Part shown: piece by piece, positions 17,784-25,949 of the stretch
How positions within the stretch are numbered: the stretch's first letter is position 1
Layout of the letters: each line of letters begins with the position of its first letter
IMG/VR virus record: IMGVR_UViG_3300025287_000001
Length of the DNA stretch: 61,254 bases
Direction: 5' to 3' (one strand)
Source: an uncultured virus (IMG/VR IMGVR_UViG_3300025287_000001)
Taxonomy: Duplodnaviria; Heunggongvirae; Uroviricota; Caudoviricetes
The notes under the pieces: model-generated
Seen by the model: the letters and a program-made list of their open reading frames with translations, nothing else
Databases searched by the model: none
Told to the model about the DNA's origin: nothing
Translations under genes and position numbers: made by a program

Positions 17784-18592
17784 TTTACTTTTTGTGGATT
17801 GTTACTACTCACCAAACACATAACGAGATCTTCATCATGAGGTGATAAATAAACTTTGTAACTGTTTGCTATTTGTTGTTTGTTGTTCTCTTTCGAGAAG
17901 GCTTTTATGTTACCCAGAACATCTTTGTTGTTCTTGAGCGTATTTTCGGAAAGATAGTAGTAAGAATTAATCTCTATCGCGTCGCCAAGATCATAAAACA
18001 TTCTTAGTGAAGTGCTGTCAAGTCTCTTTTGGGCAAATGTTCCGATTCTGGCCGTATTGTAACTTCCGCCGAATGACTCCGTGACTGTATCCTGGCCTGG
18101 GAGATAATGCAAGAGATAAAAATAGTATGCTACCATTCTCGCGACATTATTTTCGTAATCCATGAGCCCGGTATCTGGCAGGCAATTCTGCCATACTATT
18201 TCCGGGTCGTAAATGATCATTTTCGAAAACTTCCCAGATCTAGCGTATTCCTTCAGGACTCCAAAAGTCAACTGCTCGATTTGCTTAGACTTTGGAATCA
18301 TCCCATCGGGATTTCTCCTACAGTAAATCAGGTATAATTCGCTGTCAACCAGTTTCTCCGCCAATTTCAGGGTAACGCCAGAAATATCAGTACCGGCATT
18401 AACAAGAATAGTTATCTTATCGCCTTTTAATATTTCCTCGGGAACGTCCAAATCCAAGTCATTATATTCTTTATGAGAGTTCATGTGAGGTATAAAGGAC
18501 TTTGTATCGTGCATCTCCCATTTGTTGTTAGAGATGGTAACGAGGCTCTTCCCAAGTTTGTTCATCTTGGGTCCAAGCGGCAATATAATCAT
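17780..18592 (-). CDS. Degenerate tubulin/FtsZ-superfamily-like protein
   Basis: IILPLGPKMNKLG (cf. T1 IGVGGAGGN) and VNAGTDISG (cf. T4 GGGTGSG), with Rossmann-like strand/helix spacing. Confidence 0.5.
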   Translation of the reverse strand: MIILPLGPKMNKLGKSLVTISNNKWEMHDTKSFIPHMNSHKEYNDLDLDVPEEILKGDKITILVNAGTDISGVTLKLAEKLVDSELYLIYCRRNPDGMIPKSKQIEQLTFGVLKEYARSGKFSKMIIYDPEIVWQNCLPDTGLMDYENNVARMVAYYFYLLHYLPGQDTVTESFGGSYNTARIGTFAQKRLDSTSLRMFYDLGDAIEINSYYYLSENTLKNNKDVLGNIKAFSKENNKQQIANSYKVYLSPHDEDLVMCLVSSNNPQKVK

Positions 18593-19659
18593 TTCAATCC
18601 CTTCTTCTGCATTTCAAACATATTTTTGCCGTATGATACGTTAACAGGGAAATCTCCAAATATAGTTGATTTATAAGTTTTTATCATATCTGCAACAATG
18701 TCTATATCATTCTTTGAAAGATCCACAATAATGCTGTCATGAATAGTGCAGGATACAAAACTCTCTTTGTCCTTCAGTAAATCATGAACATTCATTGCCG
18801 ACCTCAACGCTATTTCTGAGCTTGTGCTCTGAACCAAGTGACTAACTCTCATGCCTTTCGAAGGCTTCAGCCTTCTTCCGAAAGGTGTAACAACTTCTTC
18901 GCCCTGTCCTGAGAAGTTGTTAGTTATGTCACGAGGGTAGTACTCTGCCTCTTGCCAATAAGGTGCCCTGGTGCCGTAAAGCCAAGACATGATTCCCTTT
19001 TTGGCCTGGTTTCTGGTCATGTCTTTGCCGAATACATTCTTTATATTCCAATCGTGAACATCTCCCCTAGGTTGCTCCTTACCGCTCAATCCCAAATATG
19101 TCCTTATATCGGCAGCGTTGAAATCAATCTCTAGGAAGAAATCGTTTCTTGGCAGTATATCAACTCTATCTTCTTTCCTTAGTGTCAATATAGGAAAGCT
19201 ATCCCTCGATGTCGTGAATCTTCCCGTTACCGTTCCATCAATTTTATAATGAATGTAGGGATAATCATTAATGAGGTTCCCGCCTAGTCTTAGCTTGTTT
19301 TTGGAAATATCATCAACGAAGTTGAACAACCTCTTATAATAAGTTGGGTCATGTCTTTCATTGTCTTTAGTGAGCTGCTCCTTGATAAACTTGCCCCTGA
19401 AAGCGAACACACGCTCCATAGAGGACTCGTGGAGCTTTTCAAGGTCTACCAAGTGCATTGGGATTTTGCAGGCCTTATACGCCTTTCTGTGGACTTCTAG
19501 GATATCCTCGATTTTAGGATGTTCTAATTTGTAATAATACTCTAGGCAGTTGCCTGAGCTTTTATCATGGAATGTAATGCCGTTAATGTTCTCTAGGTCT
19601 AATTCTATATCGTTGGTGTATATTCTTCCTTCGTATGAAAACCAATCTCTAACTGGCAT
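18589..19659 (-). CDS. Compact family-A DNA polymerase palm/fingers domain protein
   Basis: TVTGRFTT, motif A DFNAADIR, motif B RNQAKKGIMSWLYG, VQSTSSE and motif C IHDS. Only 356 aa. Confidence 0.85.
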   Translation of the reverse strand: MPVRDWFSYEGRIYTNDIELDLENINGITFHDKSSGNCLEYYYKLEHPKIEDILEVHRKAYKACKIPMHLVDLEKLHESSMERVFAFRGKFIKEQLTKDNERHDPTYYKRLFNFVDDISKNKLRLGGNLINDYPYIHYKIDGTVTGRFTTSRDSFPILTLRKEDRVDILPRNDFFLEIDFNAADIRTYLGLSGKEQPRGDVHDWNIKNVFGKDMTRNQAKKGIMSWLYGTRAPYWQEAEYYPRDITNNFSGQGEEVVTPFGRRLKPSKGMRVSHLVQSTSSEIALRSAMNVHDLLKDKESFVSCTIHDSIIVDLSKNDIDIVADMIKTYKSTIFGDFPVNVSYGKNMFEMQKKGLK

Positions 19660-19666
19660 ACTGTCC

Positions 19667-20782
19667 TCATAGGATTCTTTTCTCTAGGTAATCCAAAGCT
19701 GCGACAGGATTCCCCGAATTAGCAATTCTCATAGTAGACTCCAAGATCGCCTCAGGTTCCTCGCACAACCTCTCTCTTCTCTCCGACAGTCTTATCCTAG
19801 CTGTCAGTTCGAGCCATAGATTAGGAGGGAATTTCTCGTTTATCAAGTCAAAATCGGGAATTTTTCTCGAAACTCCATAACTTTTTGTACTCTCTGAGCA
19901 AATTTTGTACTTCGTGAAAGATGCCGATTCTGAGATGTAGTTAATATACGAGTTGATGCACATCCACTTTATATTCTGAGGTTCTGCATGATGAGGATAA
20001 TAGAAGAACTTTGCGTGAAACTCATCCAAACTAGAGACGCTGTACCTCTTTAGTAATTCTTTAGGGAAGGACGCATCAGCTTGAAACGCAACTGACATTG
20101 GTGCGTGCTTGTAGGCCTGAAATCCATACCTAGCCATAGCATCTTGGAAGATGTAATAATTTGGATTTTGAAGCATGTTTTTTGATTTGTAGAAATCATC
20201 ATCATTACTATAATCGTGAAAGCTCACGAACATAGAGCTTGCATGCACCCTCTTCGAAGATTTAAACGCATATTCTGTTTTCGTGACAGGCCTTCTTTTG
20301 GAATACAGAACCATAAAATCTGAAAACAAATCATAAAAGCTATCAAAATCTCTTATGAGTTTCTCTTCGTCTCTTGTCTTGATAAATGACTTAAAGCTTT
20401 CATACAGCTTCTCTATCTCAGAAGAATAACTCTGCTCTATTCTTTCATAGCCACTCTTTACGTCGAGAGAGGTAATCGCGTAAGGGGCACTTGAGGCTTT
20501 TCCTTTAACGATAACAGTGTTAAAGAATCTTATAGCTTGCTCTAAACAATCAGCCACGGGGGAGATTAGCGAGCATTCTCCAAACGCCTCTGGGAGTGTT
20601 CTTATCGTGGATTCCTTGGGCAATAAAGTGAAGCCGTTTTTGTCGAGTCCTATGCTCTCTAGATCATCTATAAGAGGATATGGCATATCCTGAAAAGCGT
20701 TATCTGAATATTTCTTCCTCTCTTTAAACAAATCCTTGCTTCCGAGAGAGTTATTTCCTCGGTACACCATAACCATCATCAA
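19667..20782 (-). CDS. Hypothetical protein (possible degenerate M15 peptidase-like fold) at the end of the baseplate module
   Basis: VADCLEQ...VKSGYE..EQ and ARYGF segments. Confidence 0.55.
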   Translation of the reverse strand: MMMVMVYRGNNSLGSKDLFKERKKYSDNAFQDMPYPLIDDLESIGLDKNGFTLLPKESTIRTLPEAFGECSLISPVADCLEQAIRFFNTVIVKGKASSAPYAITSLDVKSGYERIEQSYSSEIEKLYESFKSFIKTRDEEKLIRDFDSFYDLFSDFMVLYSKRRPVTKTEYAFKSSKRVHASSMFVSFHDYSNDDDFYKSKNMLQNPNYYIFQDAMARYGFQAYKHAPMSVAFQADASFPKELLKRYSVSSLDEFHAKFFYYPHHAEPQNIKWMCINSYINYISESASFTKYKICSESTKSYGVSRKIPDFDLINEKFPPNLWLELTARIRLSERRERLCEEPEAILESTMRIANSGNPVAALDYLEKRIL

Positions 20783-23228
20783 CCTCTATTTGATTAAGTT
20801 TTCTTCTAGACACCTTGTTCCCGTCTGACTGCCAGACGCCTTTTGCAGAGACCTCGTAATCGTTCCTCGTGAGTTCCCCAGATACATTAACGAGCATGTA
20901 ATAACCCCCCAGGCCAAGGGTCCTCGCAGTCTCTGACACTTCTTCTCTACTCCTAGAGCCAAGAGTATTCGGGTCTATGTAGATATATTGCCCAGGCTGA
21001 ACAAAAGGGTTTCCGTATAACTCAAGATTCGCGTCATACTTCTCTTGGAAATACGTGAAGATATCGGGGAATCTATCATCTTGCTCTGCTGCCCTCTGTA
21101 TTCTTGCCTCTCTCGCGTAAGGTTGATCACTTCTAGAAAAGTTAATATTTCTTACAAGACCCCTGTCCTCACCTATCCTGTAAGTGTAGATTCCTCTCTC
21201 TTCATCGTTTAACTGTCCCTTTGATCTGTCCCTGACGAGATTAGAGAACTCAGTTAAAGAGGCAAAGAGAAACACATAATTGAATGGCGTTATATCTGCT
21301 CGAAGTCTCTCAAGCTCTCCTATCGTGTTTATCGACCTAATGTTGTTTTCCTTCAAGTCTCTATCCGTAACCCTGGCTAGTCCATAGCTGGAGAGTCTCC
21401 CGTTGTTGGTGGACTTCCCAGTCAGCTTATCAATGCCATTGTCTGTACCTGATAAGATATTCATATTGACTCTTGCCTGAGTGTAAAACTTGGCACCTGT
21501 TGTTCGGGCGTTGAGCATTCTTCCTATGAGGTCTGTTATTACGTCTCTTATGAATATCTTTATAGGGTAGGTGGTTCTGTTGCTCTTGACTATCTTGTCT
21601 ACCAAGTAGACTACAAACATGTTCACAGATACAGGAATATCAGAAAGATTATAAGACGCCTCAATGAATCTATCCTCAATCCCTTTGGCGCTATCATCTT
21701 TTCTGAAGAACTGTATAGGCCCAACAACAGGCCTTACTTCACCTCCGTTAGTAATTGATAACTCTTCATCGAATAGTATATCAAATACAATATTGAGCAA
21801 GTCTCCAAAGAAGAAATAGCTTATTTTAATATCGTTCTTTGCCCCAAAGATAATCTCATCTGCTCCAAACCTATCATTTACTGCATCGCTAAAGTTTAGG
21901 ATGGAATCTACATCGTTACTATCTTGGTAAGTCTTTAGGTCTCCTGTTATTCTCTTTGAAAGTCGATCTCCCGAAAATGCCCTTTGAACCGACCCTATCT
22001 GATACAAATCTCTTATCGAAGAATTTGCCTGCTTCTTTATGATATCATCTTTTGCCTCATCATTAATGTTATCAGGCAATTGATACTTTCTTGATACAGA
22101 TAGCGTATACACTCGATTGTTATCAAGCATTTTTTGTATCAAGGCACCATGCAAAGCTCTTCTTCCTGCTGTTAGTTGTAATCTCTTCTCTTCCTTGACC
22201 TCTTCTAGGTCTTTTTCGGGATTCTTCCTTTTAATTCTTTTCTTTGTCTCCTCCGATCCATAGGAACTAATTGACTCTTCAAGGTTCGTAATCTTTTCGT
22301 TATATTTTGCCCTGAGGTCTTTTAGGTTTTGGGCTTTGTCTCTAGAGAGCATGAAAACATCGCTCTTGGGGTTTGTCAGTATCCCCTCTATGCACGCGCT
22401 ATATTCCAAGGTGATCTCAACGCTACCATCTTGCTCATACTTTATATCGTGGCCTATAAGGGTAAGATACATCCCTATAGAGTTATTCTTTACGGCGTTG
22501 ATAATAGTGTTCACCCCAAAATCAAACCCATTGCTAAAATTTCCTAACGGGTCTGAGTTAAGCTTGCTCGCTTCCTCTCTTAGTAAATCAAGTGATTCAT
22601 CTGTAGGCGTAGCATATCCTATGATCGCAAACATCTTAAATTCATTATTGCCAGGATCTTTTGGCCTCTTTACGGTTTGCAAAACCAAATCACTATATTG
22701 GTACTCTATCTCTTTGTCCGTGCCGCTTAACTTCTTTGTCCTTACTTTCGTGAAAGACTCGATAGATCTCATGCTTAGAACTAATTCAGCAGTAACATTG
22801 TTCTTGACTTGCGAATAATCAGTTGCGTTATAGTTGTAGGAAAACCTCTGAACATTGACAGCATCAATCGTCGTTGCCCTCCCTTCTAGTATATCCTCCA
22901 GACTTTTCTCAGAAACAGAATCATCAAACACCATCTCTACAGGCGTATCCCTGCCAGACCTTGGATCTTTCTTCATGACGAATAATCTTATCCTGGGGAC
23001 AAGTAGGGATAAAATGGAAGGTGGCAACTTCGTAAGCACCGCTGCCGAAGGATTCCCAGTTACCCTGGATATAAATTCATATGGCTTACTTGTCTCGACC
23101 TGAACGAAGTTAGAGTAGACAATCTCATCCTGTCCTGATGATTTTATAATCTCATCAATATAAGAGAGCAGTATAGACTGCTCTCTTTCTCTCACTTCTT
23201 CTGAGAATCTTTGTGCTTCAGTTGACAT
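20751..23228 (-). CDS. Baseplate hub / tail protein (gp27/gpD-like)
   Basis: Lies after the LysM-like gene. C-terminal LYGNPFVQPGQYIYI...GGYYMLVNVS hub signature. Confidence 0.65.
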   Translation of the reverse strand: MSTEAQRFSEEVREREQSILLSYIDEIIKSSGQDEIVYSNFVQVETSKPYEFISRVTGNPSAAVLTKLPPSILSLLVPRIRLFVMKKDPRSGRDTPVEMVFDDSVSEKSLEDILEGRATTIDAVNVQRFSYNYNATDYSQVKNNVTAELVLSMRSIESFTKVRTKKLSGTDKEIEYQYSDLVLQTVKRPKDPGNNEFKMFAIIGYATPTDESLDLLREEASKLNSDPLGNFSNGFDFGVNTIINAVKNNSIGMYLTLIGHDIKYEQDGSVEITLEYSACIEGILTNPKSDVFMLSRDKAQNLKDLRAKYNEKITNLEESISSYGSEETKKRIKRKNPEKDLEEVKEEKRLQLTAGRRALHGALIQKMLDNNRVYTLSVSRKYQLPDNINDEAKDDIIKKQANSSIRDLYQIGSVQRAFSGDRLSKRITGDLKTYQDSNDVDSILNFSDAVNDRFGADEIIFGAKNDIKISYFFFGDLLNIVFDILFDEELSITNGGEVRPVVGPIQFFRKDDSAKGIEDRFIEASYNLSDIPVSVNMFVVYLVDKIVKSNRTTYPIKIFIRDVITDLIGRMLNARTTGAKFYTQARVNMNILSGTDNGIDKLTGKSTNNGRLSSYGLARVTDRDLKENNIRSINTIGELERLRADITPFNYVFLFASLTEFSNLVRDRSKGQLNDEERGIYTYRIGEDRGLVRNINFSRSDQPYAREARIQRAAEQDDRFPDIFTYFQEKYDANLELYGNPFVQPGQYIYIDPNTLGSRSREEVSETARTLGLGGYYMLVNVSGELTRNDYEVSAKGVWQSDGNKVSRRKLNQIEVDDGYGVPRK

Positions 23229-23572
23229 TATCCGACATCCCTTAAGATATTAAGAACGCTGCTAAGAGGAAATGGGACGAGCACCTCTGTCCCTATGGCA
23301 ACGTGATGATCTGTTGGTAGCAAGTTATACCAAGCTATGACCCACCATAACTCAGGATCTCCGTATAGTCTAGCAGATATTTTCCAAAAGGCCTCTTCTC
23401 TGGACCAGATTACAGGAATCTCGTTAAACGATATATTATCCTCTGGTTGTATATGCTGCATACTGGGACTCTTATACTGCCTTACGAAGTTTATTCTTCT
23501 CTCTCGAAAGATGTTCTTGTACCTTTCGTCCTTGTTGATCGCTATAAGCCTATCTTCATATCTTGACGCCAT
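23228..23572 (-). CDS. LysM-like baseplate protein (gp53/gpX-like)
   Basis: FWKISARLYGDPELWWVIAWYN...IGTEVLVP. Confidence 0.8.
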   Translation of the reverse strand: MASRYEDRLIAINKDERYKNIFRERRINFVRQYKSPSMQHIQPEDNISFNEIPVIWSREEAFWKISARLYGDPELWWVIAWYNLLPTDHHVAIGTEVLVPFPLSSVLNILRDVG

Positions 23573-23574
23573 AC

Positions 23575-24456
23575 TCAGACCCCTGTTATATTTCTCGCAA
23601 TTTTATTATTACTTCTCTTGTTCACTTCTCTTTTTCTACTAGGCGCTGCTTCTTGTAGTTCCCTGAGGCGATCCTTCTGTCTTTGATTTAGCGTACCCCC
23701 CGTCGAGGCATCGCTAATGATAGTAAGGTCTGTGGCCTCCTCCGAGAAGCCATCCTGAGCATTGATCCTTCCTTCATCTGATATCAAGTCAGCGTCAACC
23801 CTTCTTTCGTTTTTGATATCGTAAGGGAAGCCCTGCCTCTTGAATCTTGTTTTATCGTGGCCAAGGGAGTGTTGATGGTTAACATCAAAGGTTAACGATA
23901 TAGTGAACTCCTTGAAGAATAAATGATCTTCAATCTCGAACATTCCCATATCAATATTAGGCTCTACATCAAAAGAAGTTATCATGCCAAGTAAGCCACC
24001 ATCTTTAGCAGTCTTCGCTCTTGGCCTGTTAGAATCCATGATTAGATTTGCAAACTTTAACTTCATAAGAGGAGAGGTAGATATCGTATTCGAGTTACCA
24101 ATAAACTCACCCAATGTCTTATCATACCCAGGGTAGAGAAATTGTATCAACCTATTTAGTCGATCCATATTAGCTATAGCGTCAACTTCAGACACAGACG
24201 GCACAACCCAGGAAATGTTCTCAGATCTGGAGGTTCCGCCATAATGTAGAACAGGGTCCATTCTGCCATATGATTTCTTCTTATCTACATCTATATCATA
24301 ATTTGGCTTGTAGTTCTTTAGCATTGCCTTAAAGGTAACGCTATCACCAGAAGGGAGGTGGAAGAAGTCTAGCACAAACCCAGTAGCATTTGCCATAAGA
24401 TCTGTTTCAGTAGATATCCCCCTATCAAATATAAACCTAAAGTCGTCTTCTTCCAT
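23575..24456 (-). CDS. Tail tube initiator / baseplate-tube protein (gp48/gp54-like)
   Basis: YGRMDPV..Y.GT.R..ISW, L...LYP.Y and PLMKLKFANLI; canonical position after the tape measure. Confidence 0.65.
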   Translation of the reverse strand: MEEDDFRFIFDRGISTETDLMANATGFVLDFFHLPSGDSVTFKAMLKNYKPNYDIDVDKKKSYGRMDPVLHYGGTSRSENISWVVPSVSEVDAIANMDRLNRLIQFLYPGYDKTLGEFIGNSNTISTSPLMKLKFANLIMDSNRPRAKTAKDGGLLGMITSFDVEPNIDMGMFEIEDHLFFKEFTISLTFDVNHQHSLGHDKTRFKRQGFPYDIKNERRVDADLISDEGRINAQDGFSEEATDLTIISDASTGGTLNQRQKDRLRELQEAAPSRKREVNKRSNNKIARNITGV

Positions 24457-24462
24457 CTCTCT

Positions 24463-25947
24463 TTATTCCTTCTCTTTGGTTGTTACGTTGTAAAATTTCT
24501 TATCGAACCTAGGGAACTCACCCTGGAGTAAGTAAGCGCCGAAAATTTCTTCAAGGATAGTGTTACCGGAAAAGCCCTTAATCCCTATGGAGAAATCTTC
24601 CATACCTCTCCAATTTGGCCAAAATGAAGAATCTTGCTTTTGTCTTATCTCAAGATGACGGAAAACATCATGAAACAATTGCTGGAACATTGATGACTTT
24701 TCCGCATCAGATATATCCTCTGGTGCTTGTTTTCCTAGTAATTTTGCAATATCACTAATCAGATATCTGGCCTCATCGGTAAAGTTCGAATTAGGGATAT
24801 AATCTTGCATTATTCTGTACCCGTGGCCTGGGTCCAACTCCAGTTCTTTCTTCGAATATATGATCATTGCCAAATATTGCATGATATTATCAAAGCCTAT
24901 TGAATCTGGATCATCTGCTCTCGAAGATTTGTATCCTTCCTTTGCCTTATCAAGTTCATCTATGACACCCTGCAAACTATTCACTGCCTTGATGAAGTAA
25001 GATAAATCATAATCTAGATCAGGATTATTGGGGTCTCCCATCTTTGCCTTTTGCACAAAGTTCTTTATCTCCATCTCCTTGTCCCTCCCTGAGAATGGAG
25101 ATAAGCGCTTCGATACATCAGATATAACTTGAAGTATTGTGCCAGTTCTCTTGTTGAGGCTCCCCAGAAACCCCCCAGACTTGCTTAACTTGGTTTTGAA
25201 ATTCTTTAAAAGGTTTGGCACCAAACTTAAATAATTCAGTTGTCTTCGCGTTAACTCTAGATCTGTGACCTCAGCATTATCGCCAAAATCAAAACGTATT
25301 ATATCTCTTAATTTATCAAAATGGCTCGGATTGATAACCGCCTTCAAGACTTCAAGATATTTGTCTCCTATAGTTCTTTTCATAATAGTAGAAGCAATGT
25401 GTGCTATGTCCTCTACTTCTATATCCAGTCCTTTTTCCTTCATTTGACTTATTCTGCTATAAAAAGCTTTATCTCTCCCTTCTAGCACTTCCACAATATC
25501 AACTTCATGAAGAAGCAGCGCCTTTAGTATATTCTCCTCTAAAGAGTCACTTATAATGCCATCTTCCACTGCACACATGGAGAAAGCTTTTGCGAACTCG
25601 ATAAACATTAAAACAACAGCCCTTCCATTGACATCAAGAGAATTATATTCCCCTATAAAGAAGGTCTTGTCGATCTGAAGACCTTCTTGCCTGCCTAAGA
25701 TGCCCAATAATTCCTCAGCAGTTATCTCTTCCGCCAGCCTGGGGTAGTTGCCTTCTCCAGATTCAACTCCAAACTCCCTTAACAAGTTTGGAGATATTAT
25801 AGAAGAGTCAACGTGAAACGTGCTCTGGGAAGGCATGATTATGGAGTCTTTTGAATCTATTCTAAAAATGGTCTCGAAAAACTCTTTGCAATCAACGTTT
25901 TCTGCGCTTATGCCCTCTAGTTCTTTGGCATATTGTCTTTTATTCAC
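24463..25947 (-). CDS. Hypothetical protein in tail module
   Basis: 494-aa ORF. GTG start with AGGAG. Confidence 0.65.
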   Translation of the reverse strand: MNKRQYAKELEGISAENVDCKEFFETIFRIDSKDSIIMPSQSTFHVDSSIISPNLLREFGVESGEGNYPRLAEEITAEELLGILGRQEGLQIDKTFFIGEYNSLDVNGRAVVLMFIEFAKAFSMCAVEDGIISDSLEENILKALLLHEVDIVEVLEGRDKAFYSRISQMKEKGLDIEVEDIAHIASTIMKRTIGDKYLEVLKAVINPSHFDKLRDIIRFDFGDNAEVTDLELTRRQLNYLSLVPNLLKNFKTKLSKSGGFLGSLNKRTGTILQVISDVSKRLSPFSGRDKEMEIKNFVQKAKMGDPNNPDLDYDLSYFIKAVNSLQGVIDELDKAKEGYKSSRADDPDSIGFDNIMQYLAMIIYSKKELELDPGHGYRIMQDYIPNSNFTDEARYLISDIAKLLGKQAPEDISDAEKSSMFQQLFHDVFRHLEIRQKQDSSFWPNWRGMEDFSIGIKGFSGNTILEEIFGAYLLQGEFPRFDKKFYNVTTKEKE

Positions 25948-25949
25948 TC

